DNA of 64,000 nt from Eledone cirrhosa (taxonomy: Eukaryota), in assembly GCA_964016885.1 (NCBI GenBank), contig OZ024740.1, forward strand, positions 148,242,001-148,306,000, given 5' to 3'. Below are positions 50,097-63,810 of the stretch, piece after piece. Below the pieces are notes generated by a model that was not told the origin of the DNA, searched no databases, and saw only the letters and a program-made list of their open reading frames with translations. The translations under genes and the position numbers were made by a program. Each line of letters begins with the position of its first letter. Position 1 is the stretch's first letter.

Positions 50097-50849
50097 AATT
50101 AATATCTAGTAACATATATATACATACAGATGCATATCAATGCTAGCAAATATATAGGTTTTGTCTTAGTAACTTTGTGGTTCAATGCATGGGGTTGCAG
50201 AACAATAATATGAGAGACGTAAAATAAGAAAATTATAAAATTAACTTACTTACTAAAATATCACTTCCAACTAATTAGTTTCTGAAATGGAATAAATATA
50301 TTTTCCGAAGAAAACATAGAGAATCATTTCGTCGTCAGGGAAGACTATTCTCATCTAAGTATCCAGGCAAAGCGGGGACTCTGGAAACTTATTCAAAAAT
50401 AATTCAGTGGATAGAAAACAGCAAAGCGTGGACTGAATTTCTAGCCATTGAGAAAATCACTGCCTCTGCGTCGGTGGCAAATTCAAAAAGAATCAATCAC
50501 GTAACATCGAGGTCAATCAGTGGAAAGTGGTTTGCTAATAAGACAGCGGCGTGCCTGCTACCATAGCAGCAGTCGTGGCCAATATTGCTCGACAAATAAT
50601 TTGGAGATAATTATAAAGAATTAATATCTAGTAACATATATATACATACAGATGCATATCAATGCTAGCAAATATATAGGTTTTATCTTAGTAACGTTGT
50701 GGTTCAATGCATGGGGTTGCAGAACAACAATACGACGAAATGATTCTCTATGTTTTCTTCGGAAAATATATTTATTCCATTTCAGAAACTAATTAGTTGG
50801 AAGTGATATTTTAGTAAGTAAGTTAATTTTATAATTTTCTTATTTTACG

Positions 50850-50857
<8 letters not shown>
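50090..50857 (-). mobile_element. Family V: ~520-bp unit, partial tandem copy and inverted segment
   Basis: 50090-50208 is repeated at 50612-50731, and 50733-50857 is the reverse complement of ~50209-50335. Confidence 0.8.
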
Positions 50858-50918
<61 letters not shown>

Positions 50919-50961
50919 GGAAAAATTTGAACAGGGACAAAACAGAGAGGCAGTACAACAA

Positions 50962-51008
<47 letters not shown>

Positions 51009-51023
51009 CACATATACACACAG

Positions 51024-51158
<135 letters not shown>

Positions 51159-51326
51159 ATATAAACTCATGGTGTCATAAACACACCGGTGTTGATAATA
51201 TGTATATTTATGTACAATATACATAAAATTAGTCATGTTGGGAGTATTTTAAGCTGTGATCATGTCACAGCTACATCAGTATCTGTCTGTGACTGCTATA
51301 TATGTATTTCAGAAATCATTAGCTTT

Positions 51327-51460
51327 TACACGGATACTGAGTTAACTGTGATACGATCACTACACGGATACTGAGTTAACTGTGATACGATCACTACACG
51401 GATACTGAGTTAACTGTGATACGATCACTACACGGATACTGAGTTAGCTGTGATACGATC
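51327..51460. repeat. 34-bp tandem repeat x4
   Basis: Unit TACACGGATACTGAGTTAACTGTGATACGATCAC. Confidence 0.95.
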
Positions 51461-51602
51461 GCAGCTTAAAATACTCACTTTGAGATTATATGTATGTGTA
51501 TTATACGTAAACTGTGTATGTGTTCATATAGTACTTTATTCTCAACGCTGAATTAATGACACTGCTACTAAATACTGTCTAGCCAAGAAGCAATTATTCG
51601 TA

Positions 51603-52003
51603 GGGCGGTGGATTGGCAGTATCGGTAGAGAGTCAGACACCATGGTTTGAAGCATAGGGTTATGGCCCTTTGCGTTCTGGGTTCAAATCCCGCCGAGGTT
51701 AACTTTGCCTTTCATCCTTACAGGATCAATAAAATAAAACACCAGTAATGAACTGGGGTAATTACTGACCTTGTGCAAAAGTAAAAACAATTATTTGTAG
51801 GATTGGCAGCATCGGACACTATGCTTCAAGGTATAGAGTTATGGCCCTTTAGGTTCTCAGTTTAAATCCCGCCGAGGATGGCTTTGCCTTTCACCCCTAC
51901 GGGGTCGATAAAATAAAGTACCAGTCACTCACTGGGGCGATTCAATCGAATTTCCTCTCCCCCAAAATTGCTGGCCTTGTTCCTATATCCGAAAGCATTA
52001 TTT
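51603..52003 (+). mobile_element. Two tandem SINE S1 copies
   Basis: 51603-51795 and 51799-52003. Confidence 0.88.
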
Positions 52004-52351
52004 GTAAATAAGCTATCATAAAAAATAGCTTATTTAGGAAAACGATATGAATAACTTTGCGTTTCATTTGCCTCAGTGTTTCGAAGCAAGTATGCACCAA
52101 ATGGTGAAGTAATGACTCCTGAAATAAGTATATAGCGATGATACAGAGATAATGAAGTAGCTGTTATATGATAACAGATTAAAATATTCACATCCAGAAT
52201 GTATATGTATTATACTTAAACCTAATGTGTGAAAATATATCACTTTATATATATAATTTAGTCTAAGCGCTGCTACCGAGGAGGCTTGCAGGTGTGGCTG
52301 GCCATTTGAAATTCTAATCAAATGACCAAATCATTTATCTCTTTCGCCATC

Positions 52352-52431
<80 letters not shown>

Positions 52432-52702
52432 GTTGTATGTGTATGTATATATACATACACACAAAACACACACGCCCATACATACACACACATACATACA
52501 CATATATATGTGTGTGTGTGTGTGTGTGTTATTCATTTGATGAAAGCTGGTTGATCATATAATCCGCCGACGTTTTTGTAAACAGATGTAAAGCACTCTA
52601 CGATTTGTATTCCTTAAGATATTCTCAGTAAGGTATCAACCCGAGTTTCAAATTATGAATAAGAGAGACAGTTTTATTTGTACATCTTTTTATTACATAA
52701 TT

Positions 52703-52771
52703 CTGTTATACCTATTTCCAAAATGTCAGAGTGGTTATATAATAACCTCCTGGCATGTTCTCATCAGACAG
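52703..52771 (-). ncRNA. Type I HHR with extended stem II
   Basis: CTGT-CTGATGA-[~40-nt hairpin]-GAAA-TAGGTA-TA-ACAG. Confidence 0.72.
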
Positions 52772-52959
52772 TTTAAGATGTGTGGTTTTAGTTTTTGATA
52801 TGCTACTGATTTATCGTAGTGTTTACATCGCTGCCCAGTAGACATGTCCAGATAGATTTGGCTCGGGGATGGCTTGCCAAATCGGTGTTATTGTAACGGC
52901 AAACCATCCCCATTCTCTGATTGCGTAGCCCGATTATCTTATATAACTAATTCTGCAAT

Positions 52960-53037
52960 AAACAGCTGATGAAATCATTTACGTCTTGAATCATGATCGG
53001 AGGATGAAACTGGGCCCTTGAAATATGTATAGTGTTT
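52960..53037 (+). ncRNA. Degenerate type I HHR
   Basis: AAACAG-CTGATGA...GAAA-TATGTA-TA-GTGTTT. Confidence 0.55.
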
Positions 53038-53256
53038 TTGTGGAACTATAATTTCAATTGGAACAACAATGAAAGTTTCCAGTTCGGTCTTCTGTTGTTT
53101 TTAATGAAAATTTAACTCCGTTCCTGCATCAGCCACGGGATACCGCATCTATGATGGATGATATGCATAATGTCGAGTGCTTTAATTTATTGCATCATTA
53201 TTTACTACCACCAGTTCTACCCATTTGTAAACAAAATATCATAAATGATATATATA

Positions 53257-53400
53257 TATAACAAAGGAGTTGTGGTAAGGGACCAAATGGACCATAACGC
53301 ACCAGAGTACTCAACACTTAGGGTAGTAGAGTGGGAAATATGAAAAAGTATGACCCCGACGGCAGAGCTCAAGCCGTTTCGACGGGTATTTCTGGACTCA
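53257..53400 (-). mobile_element. Family X' 3' end
   Basis: Homologous to 18922-19032. Confidence 0.85.
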
Positions 53401-53461
53401 GTAGTTGAGTGCTTGAATTTAATTGCATCAATATTTACCCTAAGTATACACACACACACAC

Positions 53462-53546
<85 letters not shown>

Positions 53547-53589
53547 CTTAGGGAAAAATTGATGCAATTAAATTCAAGCACTCAACTAC
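53401..53589. repeat. ~47-bp inverted repeat around a (CA)n/(TA)n centre
   Basis: GTAGTTGAGTGCTTGAATTTAATTGCATCAAT.. / ..ATTGATGCAATTAAATTCAAGCACTCAACTAC. Confidence 0.88.
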
Positions 53590-53803
53590 TTTTCCACATA
53601 GGAATGGCGGAGCATATATAGAATAAGAAAATGCGAAGTAACTGCAGACGTTAAAGTCCTGTATTTCAATGATGACAGTGGCCATGCGATTCCACGCGAC
53701 CAGTGCAATGATCTCATCATACAGCTTCATTACATAATATGGTTACGTTCTCGAGTCAATCCAAACTAAAACGACAAGGAAACGGACAAAAATGATGTTT
53801 TTG

Positions 53804-53843
<40 letters not shown>

Positions 53844-55499
53844 GGTGGAGGTCCGAAGTTAAAAATGTAATTGGAGTTTTCACAAGATTTATTTACAATA
53901 ATTTATAACTTTACCGGTTTCATAAATTTCATGATTTTTAAAAGTTAAGAGAGATGAAGAGATATGTAGCTATGGCACCTTGTCAATCACATATTTATAT
54001 ATATAAAAGCGATAAACAAATGGTGGTACAGAAACATCCGATTTACACCCATGCACTGATGGACCTTCGTTTTCAACGATGAGTGTTCTATTTTTTCGAT
54101 CAATGAAAGAGCCAGCCGAGCATGTCACAGACACGTGTACCAAGAACTACTCCAATCTATATTATTTATATTTACAATACATTTCAATAAACACAGCTTG
54201 TTCTATTTAGATGTATATTAGACATTCATAGAGGGACTTTTCGTCTAGTAATTTCTTGAATTATCTCAGTTAATTTACTTTTGTAACTCAGTATATGACA
54301 TATGTGAGACCCTAACATGTATGAAATATATATTCAACGTAAACTATTCAGCATATTATGTTGTGTTTACCTAGTTATATCCCCCTGCTTCATTCCCTCT
54401 TTCTTTACCTTCTTCGTTTTTTCTTTTTTTACATTTACACCTAATCTTCTCTATATCTTTCTTTCTTTCTTTCGTTTCATCATCTTCCTATTTTTTAAGT
54501 ACTACAAACTTCACCAATTTTCTCAATATTGGTTACTTAATCGGACCACTGCCTATGGTAATATTGTTGTTCTGTTTATTTCCTATCTATCTTGTTCCTT
54601 GTATTGTTGTTGTTATTGTTGTTGGAATCAACGTCATCATTATCGTCCTCTTTAATTTAGTTCATGTGGTTTTATCTCCACCAACCACGTGTGGGGATAC
54701 AAGTAAGTTAACTAGAACAGCCCACACCCCATGATAACTGGTACATATTCCATCCTTGTTTTCTCTCTTGATTTTCCTGTGTATATTTGTTTGTTGTTGT
54801 CTTGTAGGATAAAAGCGAGCTCCGCTGAGAAAGTGTGAAATTCTAGCGACCAGGTTTCGATTATCAGATATGCCGTTTTGTGCATGTATTAAAGCACTTG
54901 ATACCCCCTGTACTAATTTCCCTTAAACACTACTATGTAATATAGCCAGACACAACTCATAGCTGTAAGTAACTGAAACTGAAACACTGTTTAACAGATG
55001 AGAGTATGGATTTAAGATGGATGAAATTTGCCATATTGGTTTGGCCAAAATACACCGCATCGGTCTTTACTCAGAGGTCGATGGCTCGTCATCAGTGGAG
55101 CACTGTATCCATGGAACAAGATTAATTGATGCTGAATGATTAAATCAATTTAGCTCTAAGTCGGTATTACCAGTGGTATAATTCGCCTCTGGGTAAAGTA
55201 CCAGTATTGGTAGATAACGAGTGATTTGATGAGTTGCATTCAATTCAGTTCAATTGCTTTTGCTGGAAAAGCTACATGTGATGGACCAACATTATGTCTA
55301 ATTTAGGGGTTTAATTCCTGCCTCTTTAACTCTACTAAAGCTAAGTATCATTACCGGTGCCATGTGTCCATGTGATTCGTAAAAATATATATTTACCAAC
55401 TGAGATGTCTCAGAATTACTGTACTCATGTTTAACTTTCAGTAGAATGGATATCATTAGATTTGATGAGGAACCAAAAGTAAGCAAGCACATCTGTACA

Positions 55500-55993
55500 C
55501 GTATGTATGTATGTATGTATGTATGTATGTATGTATGTATGTATGTATGTATGTATGTATGTATGTATGTATGTATGTATGTATGTATGTATGTACGTAC
55601 GTACGTACGTATGTATGTATGTATGTATGTATGTATGTATGTATGTATGTATGTATGTATGTACGTACGTATGTATGTATGTATGTATGTATGTATGTAT
55701 GTATGTATGTATGTACGTACGTACGTACGTACGTACGTATGTATGTATGTATGTATGTATGTATGTATGTATGTATGTATGTATGTATGTATGTATGTAT
55801 GTATGTATGTATGTATGTACGTACGTACGTACGTACGTACGTATGTATGTATGTATGTATGTATGTATGTATGTATGTATGTATGTACGTACGTACGTAC
55901 GTATGTATGTATGTATGTATGTACGTACGTACGTACGTATGTATGTATGTATGTATGTATGTATGTATGTATGTATGTACGTACGTACGTACG

Positions 55994-56027
<34 letters not shown>

Positions 56028-56093
56028 CGTACGTACGTACGTACGTATGTATGTATGTATGTATGTATGTATGTATGTATGTACGTACGTACG

Positions 56094-56127
<34 letters not shown>

Positions 56128-56162
56128 CGTACGTACGTATGTATGTATGTATGTATGTATGT
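55500..56162. repeat. (TATG)n/(TACG)n interleaved tetranucleotide array
   Basis: About 660 bp, directly visible. Confidence 0.97.
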
Positions 56163-56269
56163 AGGGCGAAAGAACTCATATGAGGCAACGGCCATCCCAA
56201 AGTGTGTAAATATGTATATACATATGTATATATGTGTGTATGTATATATATATATATATACATGTATAC

Positions 56270-56325
<56 letters not shown>

Positions 56326-56537
56326 ATATATGTTGATCTTTTCTTCTTTTCGGGTAATAGCTATTGTCAGTCAGAGAGTGGGATTGGCTCACTGCACAGT
56401 CTTTCCTCACTTTAAAAAATAGCATTAATTGATAATTATTAATAATGTTGTATCGTGCAATGGCCATACTCGATATCGAGGGGACAGCCATCATATGTAT
56501 GTATGTATATATGTATGTATGTATGTAAGTTATTTAC

Positions 56538-57030
56538 AGGTCACTCTTCAGTGCTACTGGTACCATGTAACCCAGTACTATATGTGCATGGTCGGGTCGT
56601 TGGCGACTAAACCGGTAACCCTACCAAGCTTGTTTGGTGAGGAGAGTTATTTTGGCCACCCTGTCGGATAAGAAACAAAACCCGTCAAAGGGCGGAGGAA
56701 CTCAGGAGAGTCAACGACGGAAAACCAATAACATATGTTTTCTTTTTTTTTGAGTGAGAGACTCCTAGTCTTCATCAAGACATCTCTCTAGGAGAAGGTC
56801 ACTCTGATATAAAACCTGTGACTTCATTTGCATCCAATGATGTAGACCAGTTCTTCTTTTGGGGCAAATGTATTTGATGTTCAGAGAGTGGAATTAACCC
56901 GCGGGCAAAGCCTTTCCTCACTTAAAAAAGCTTCAAACTCAAGCATCGCTTGATATGTGACATTTTTTGCGTTGCGTGGCCATAGGCAAGTCCCTAGCAA
57001 GACTAAAAAGCGCTCGTGATAACCATGCTT
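56538..57030 (+). mobile_element. Repeat family U
   Basis: Homologous to 23632-24243. Confidence 0.65.
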
Positions 57031-57532
57031 AAGTTTCAAGCGATGGCATTACTCGTAATCGATTTGCAGCCATCGTGTATGTATGGTTGTTTGTATGTAC
57101 GTTTTTTTTGTATGTTTCTCTGTGTGTGTTTGTGTATTGGAAGTGGGCTGTATATGTGCGAAGGAGCGTGTATGTGAGTATGCTTGAGCGATCGTATGTG
57201 TGTACGTACATCTTTTTGTCCGTGCGTTTAGTTCGTTGTGGCAGTACGCCTGTCTCTTCTCCTCTTCCTCGTCAGCACTGCCTCCTTTTCTGAAATGATA
57301 TACACACAACACATATGCACACACAGATACACATCGGTGTATATATGTATTTATTCGGGGGAAGAGATTATAGGTAAATTGGTGACCACACCGATGCCAG
57401 TGACCCAGGACCTAACAAGAATTCGTAACATGATCCTAAACTAACCAATTTTGTTATTAGGACAAATAAACAGAGTAGATTAACTGCAAACATCAAATGT
57501 TAAAGTGTGAGTGTATGAAGAAAAGTGAGTAG

Positions 57533-57571
<39 letters not shown>

Positions 57572-58604
57572 AGAGGGGGGGGATAAATATCTTGTATAAG
57601 TCTTTGTGTATATGAATGTATGTATATGTATACCAAACATGCCTTTATGCATGTATGTACGCGCGTGTGTGTGTGTGTGTGTGTGTTTGAATGTTAAAAA
57701 TGTGTCTGTATAAAAGAAAATGAAAGAGCGAGAGAGGGAGAAAGACACGGGGGGAAAGAGAATATATATATCATGTGTGAGTGTAAGTGTTGTTTTCAAT
57801 ATATGTATGAATCTATGTGTATGAGTTTGTGAATGTGTATACACGTATTATTAATGTGAGTGAGATGGTGATATAGTAGCAATAGATTGATGGTTGAAAG
57901 ATCAGAATGGATTGAAGAGTGCAATTTAGTGATAGTGGGAAAGTGGGAGATAATGGATTAATAGGGAGTAAGAATGGGCAGAGAAGGAAGGCATGAGTGA
58001 AACAGGAGAGAAGGATTACAGAGAGAAAGCAGAGACAGTGAATTAGATGGAGAAACAGAAAAAAAGATTAAGAGAAAGAGGGAAGGAGATTTGGAGGAGA
58101 ACAGTTCGAGTAAGACGAGTAAAGAGAGAAAGAGAGCGAGAGGATGGTGAAGGGGGTAGGTGAATTAATAAAGGATATATAGAGTGAGAAAAACAAGAGA
58201 TATTGCTAAATGGGTATAAATATAAATCGTGGGAGGAAGAAGGAGCACCTAGAGAGTCTCAAGAGGTTAACGAGAGGGGGAGAAGAGATACCAAGAAAGT
58301 AAAGTGAAAGGAGGAGAAAGTGTGAGAAAGTAAGATTAGAAAGAAAGGCAATAAATCCCGGAAGGAAGAATATGTGTAGCATGATTCCATTTCTAATGTC
58401 CCGTTTATTTAGCTTACATTATATTTCACTAAAATGTTGCCCTAAAAATGAATTCATTTCATGTTTACGAGCCCTTTGCTAAAATGCTTTACGCGAACAA
58501 AGAATTAAAAGAAAGAAAGAGGCGATTAAAGAGAAATTGAAGGAGAAAGATGATAATGTTCTATTTTAGAACATGAAATAACTATTACCCGCTTTCCTGT
58601 CGCT

Positions 58605-59090
58605 ACAGTGCCGGTCGCCTTCCACGCCATGCTGCTATCAACGAAGTCATAAAGCATGGCTTGGAAGCTACAGGATTTCCCTCCCGGCTCGAGCCAGTGG
58701 GGCTGGACCGAGGGGACGTCAAAAGGCCTGGCGGCATGATCATCTTCCCGTTCCGGAGTGGTAAAACCCCTCGTCTGGGATGCCACATGCAGCGACACAT
58801 TCTCCAACGGCAACCTGGTGCAGTCTGCGACTAACCCAGGCTCTGCTGCACTTCGGGCTGAGCAGGGTAAACTCTCCAAATATCAGTCGCTGTCCAACAG
58901 GTTTTCGGTCGAGCCTGTAGCAGTGGAGACTTCTGGTGTCCTTGGCCCTAGGGCCACCTCCTTGCTCACCACAATCGGCGCAGAGCTGGCTAGCAGCAGG
59001 TGTGAGCCTCGCGAGGTGGAATGGCTCTTCCAGCGCAACTTTCTCAACATCCTCTGGGGAAACGCCCTCTCTATTCTGTCCGCCGGGACC
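58605..59090 (+). pseudogene. CRE-like non-LTR restriction-like endonuclease domain fragment
   Basis: GRLPRHAAIN, LEP.GL.R.D.KRPGG (RPDG-like), LVWDATC, AE..K..KY and PVAVET.G..G motifs. One frameshift. Confidence 0.82.
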
Positions 59091-59379
59091 ACGGGGCGAC
59101 CAGCGTGTGGGACCCCATTTGCTCACAATAGTGAGAGGTGGGTAGGGTAGGAGAGACGGAGGTGATGACAGTGGGAGTTTGGTTCCTCTATGTTCGGGCT
59201 GGTGTACATGTTTGTGTAATTTTACACTTATTTTCGGCTTTTACATTTATTGTTATGAAAGAATACACGTTAACTATGTTCTATTGTGTCGCAAAATAGT
59301 CGTTCTATTTTAAAGTACTCCTCAACTATCCCATTATCGCTCCACCAGAACATTGATTTATTACTATTAGCGCGCGTGA

Positions 59380-59434
<55 letters not shown>

Positions 59435-59576
59435 TGTGTGTGTGTGCATGTGCATGTGCGTGTGCATGTACATGTGCATGTGCATGTGAATGTGTGTATG
59501 CGGTGTGTTCATGCTTGCTTACAAGAAATATGCGTATAAATGTACAGTTTGTCTAATTTCCATGTATGTATATAAT

Positions 59577-59762
59577 TGTTTCTACTTTAGGCACAAGGCC
59601 AGCAAATACCCAGTGCATTACTGGTACTTTATTTTATCGACCCCGTAAGGATGAAAGGCAAAGTCAACCTCGGCGGGATTTGAACTCAGATCGTAAAGGG
59701 ACGTAACTATGCTAGAAAGCATGGTGTCCGACCCTCTACCAACACTGCCAATCCACCGCCCT
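59577..59762 (-). mobile_element. SINE S1 with 14-bp TSD
   Basis: TGTATGTATATAAT at 59563-59576 and 59763-59776. Confidence 0.93.
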
Positions 59763-60714
59763 TGTATGTATATAATGCAAACGTGTGAGATTGGCTAGTG
59801 AGGAGTTGGCTGCCAGTCAAGCCTAATTATCATAGAAGGAGTGTAGGGGTGTGTCAGTGGAGAGAGACTCTACCTCAAGTTATTCCTGGTGTTGTGGATG
59901 GTTCAGCGAGTTAAGTTGTTTCGAACCAAAGTTTAACACCAAAGTTTAACACCAAACAAATTATAACGAACGTTGGAAATTCTTCTTTCTTTCCTGTCTT
60001 TCTTCTTGAGTCTGCACTTAGTGCTAGATGCATTTTCCTTTCCCAGCTTGAGCTCCATATTTCCTGAACCTTTTGATCATCACGTTGTAATTTTGGCGAC
60101 GATCAACAGTGAAGTCTTTGCATCCTTTTTCATCGAGTCTCCATTTTAGCCAGACGCATTTTCAACCCCATCCACGTTGAAAAGGCCTTATTTTTCCCAC
60201 TACGTTATACATTATGTCATCTGAGTTTTTTCTGAGTCTATGGACATGTGTTAATTGATGAGGGTATTACAGCACTGTTATAGAGAAATTTTTGTTTGTA
60301 CTGTCCATGATGTATTTTCAGAGATTAGAATACAAACAAAGACCTTTTGTTTCGCTGTTCTTGTGTATGTCATCTGGTGATTTGTTTCCATCTTTCTCGT
60401 TTTGTTTCTCTATTTCTGCTGCACAGTGACTGATATATTTTGGCCTTTCATTGTATTGTAATTCCGTTTTTAGGTTTAGTTCTCTCACCGCAGAAAAAGC
60501 CCCCCCCCCCCCAATAAAAAAACCACAACAACAACAACAACAACAACAATAAACTACAAGTCTAATACAGAATAAGCAGCTGAAAACAGGAAGCGTTTGT
60601 TTGTGTTTTATTATATATATATATATGAAGTTTATATTTATATAAATACGTTGTCTACCGTCACTACACAAACGCGTATGAATACACAAACACCTCTCTC
60701 TCTCTCTACCCACC

Positions 60715-61060
<346 letters not shown>

Positions 61061-61199
61061 TATATATATATATATATCTGGGAGATTAGTCACCGCTCCC
61101 AGATACACTTCGTGTACAAGATGCTGTTGTGATTGGGTTTAGGAGACCAGCAAAGTATTTTCTCCACCCTGCGAGGATGCACCTCTCTGAAGAGATAAT

Positions 61200-61898
61200 C
61201 ACAGACGTGTACTTGATAGCAGGTGTGGAGGAGGGCTTCTTATTACGATGGATGGATGGTCTGCCACACCTTTTTATTTACTGATTTGAAATCGGATTCC
61301 AGCTTAACCCTGAAATCCTTCAATGTCTTAACTTTGGACGCCTTTACTGTCTCTGCTGCGATTCTTCGTGCCTGCTTATACCGCAACTGCAAGAAGAAAG
61401 ACTTGTAAACCTCCTTTGTTTCTCGGATGGCAACTTTGACCTCTTGATTGAACTATGGTGTCCTCCTGTAATCCGGCACCACACTAAGCCTCTTTCGCCC
61501 ACAGCATTTAACGGCTGAAACAGAAACTGCTGCGCTGAACAATCTCCACTCTGTCTCAACGTCATCTGTTTGCTCAGGGAGTTCTTTGAATTTGGATGTA
61601 ATAGTATCTGCACACCTGCCCCTGACTTCTTTATCCACCAATGCTTCCCACTTTATCCTGTAGGCCGCTCTGGACCTGCCAGTTTTGTGGGCTTATTTGG
61701 CTTTAGGTAGTCTCGAGTTGCATAAATTTGCACCACCACAGAGACCTATCTTTCAGCCAAAGCTTCAAGAAGCAAATCCACCCTCCTAATGGGATCCAGT
61801 CGATAACACATTCTGACAGTAAGAGGCTTGTGAGTATCCCCACTCCCGCCTGTGCAGTCATCTCTGGCATCACACCTGGATACTGGAGTCAACCACAT

Positions 61899-61900
<2 letters not shown>
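61200..61900 (-). pseudogene. RTE-like LINE fragment (endonuclease-RT linker)
   Basis: Broken-frame IKWEAL, VETEW..F...AVKCCG and QEVKVAIRE.K-like segments. Confidence 0.55.
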
Positions 61901-61984
<84 letters not shown>

Positions 61985-61985
<1 letters not shown>

Positions 61986-62459
61986 TGTTTGTATTTGAAT
62001 TTCGTATTTCTAAGGAACTACGGTATGTTTATAAATAAACAGCCGTAGCTATTGAAAAACACCAGCGGCTATCACCACCTGGCGGTTTCCAGCAGAATCA
62101 ATTGTCTATGCGCATTTCAAACTGAACTGGTTCTTGTCAGGACGATCCCTCTCGCTCTTGCAACTGGTGGAGTTTGAAAACAGGCGAGAATATATAGTAA
62201 ATGAGGTGATTAATCTCATTTGCATATGAAGCCATACATATATAGTAAACGATTAATCTCATTTGCATATGAAGCCGTAGAAGTTGGTTCAACTTAATAT
62301 AGGATGGAATTAGAATTCAGCTTCGAACATAACTGTATACAAATATTTTTTTTGAGTTTCGTATATCTAAAGAAATTCGATATGTTTATTTCTTTAGAAA
62401 TACGAAATTCAAATTCATATTTGTATACAGCTACGTTCGAAGCTAAATTCTAATTCTGT

Positions 62460-62460
<1 letters not shown>
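61985..62460. mobile_element. Family H copy with nested inversions and degenerate HHR (62101-62146, minus)
   Basis: Shares CTCATTTGCATATGAAG and the HHR frame with 47225-47630. Confidence 0.7.
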
Positions 62461-62520
<60 letters not shown>

Positions 62521-62964
62521 TGAGAGAGAGATATGTGTATATATCTGAGCCTGTGTGTCTGTATGTGCTTATATTTGCATGTGTAGAACCAACATTTGAT
62601 CATGTGACAAATCGTGGTTGTAAATGGCTTATGTTAACACATTGAAGCGCCAATTAAATCTGAATTCTAATCTTACTACTGCGTGTTTTAGATTGGTACT
62701 ATTATTTTTATCATCTCACCCTATCACGTTTTCAAATTTCTGGCTATTTTCAACGCTTTCAGCAACAGATTTCATACATCATCATATCATTATTATCTGT
62801 TGTGTTTTTTTTTCCAGTTCATTTTAGTTTACTTTCTATAGTTTTCTTCTGTATTGCTACGTACAAAATGGTTTGCTGCATTTAATTATTTAATTACATA
62901 CTTTACTTTCTGTGCTCAAACCTCAATACGGTTCTGTTTGTTTTCTATTATTCCGAGTCGATAA

Positions 62965-63183
62965 GGCGGTGGATTGGCAGTATAGGTAAAGCCTTGGTAA
63001 TGCTTTGCGGTATATTGTTACGGCCCTTTACGTTCTGAGTTCAAATGCCACCGAGGTTAGCATTTCTTTTCATCCTTACATGGTCGATAACATAAAGTAC
63101 CAATAACGCACTAGGGTCAATTTAATCGAATTTTCCCCTTCCCTTCAAAATACTGGCTTTGTGCCAAATGCAGAAACTATTAT
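62965..63183 (+). mobile_element. SINE S1 (diverged)
   Basis: GGCGGTGGATTGGCAGTAT head and S1 body. Confidence 0.88.
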
Positions 63184-63563
63184 TTTCAGTCGATAATACA
63201 CAGTTCATATCAGATAATGCGACTTATATTACTATAATCCATTCTAGATGCGAATAGATTAAGGAACACACATAGTCCTCAACCTATTTTCATATCTTCA
63301 GTGACTGTTTATTCGTATTTTTTGTTGACTATCGGATAGCATGTACAACCTTATCTACTAATAGAGCTGTGGGTTTGTCCCGCCTTATGTATCGAAGCTG
63401 GGTTGTTACATAACATCTTGTATGTGTCTGAAGAGGAAAGCATTGTTTTTCCGTGTCCTCTTCCTGTGTTTCCGTAGCTTATATATGTTTTTTCATTGGG
63501 TGCAATTTCCGCTCTCTCACACTCTTTGTATATACATACATACAAACATACATACACACACAC

Positions 63564-63603
<40 letters not shown>

Positions 63604-63607
<4 letters not shown>

Positions 63608-63810
63608 AGAGAAAAGAGGCAGGGCTCGCACGGCTGAGCTCCCGCCGTTCTAATACTGGTGGGTTATATCGGATCTAGCTGTCGAAACGGCCGGAGCTCA
63701 GCCGTCGGGTTCCTGACTCTTTTCCTATTACCCACTCTACTACCCGAAGTATTGAGTATTCTGGTGCGTTATGGTACACCTGGTATCTTACCACACCCTC
63801 TTTGTTTATT
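63604..63810. mobile_element. Family X fold-back element
   Basis: Imperfect palindrome 63604-63725 plus tail. Confidence 0.75.

Noticed and set aside
55298-56494. Long ORFs (up to 398 aa), and the many YIYI/VCVC/HTHT/ERER ORFs across the window
   Set aside because: They are translations of stop-free microsatellites with no domain content.
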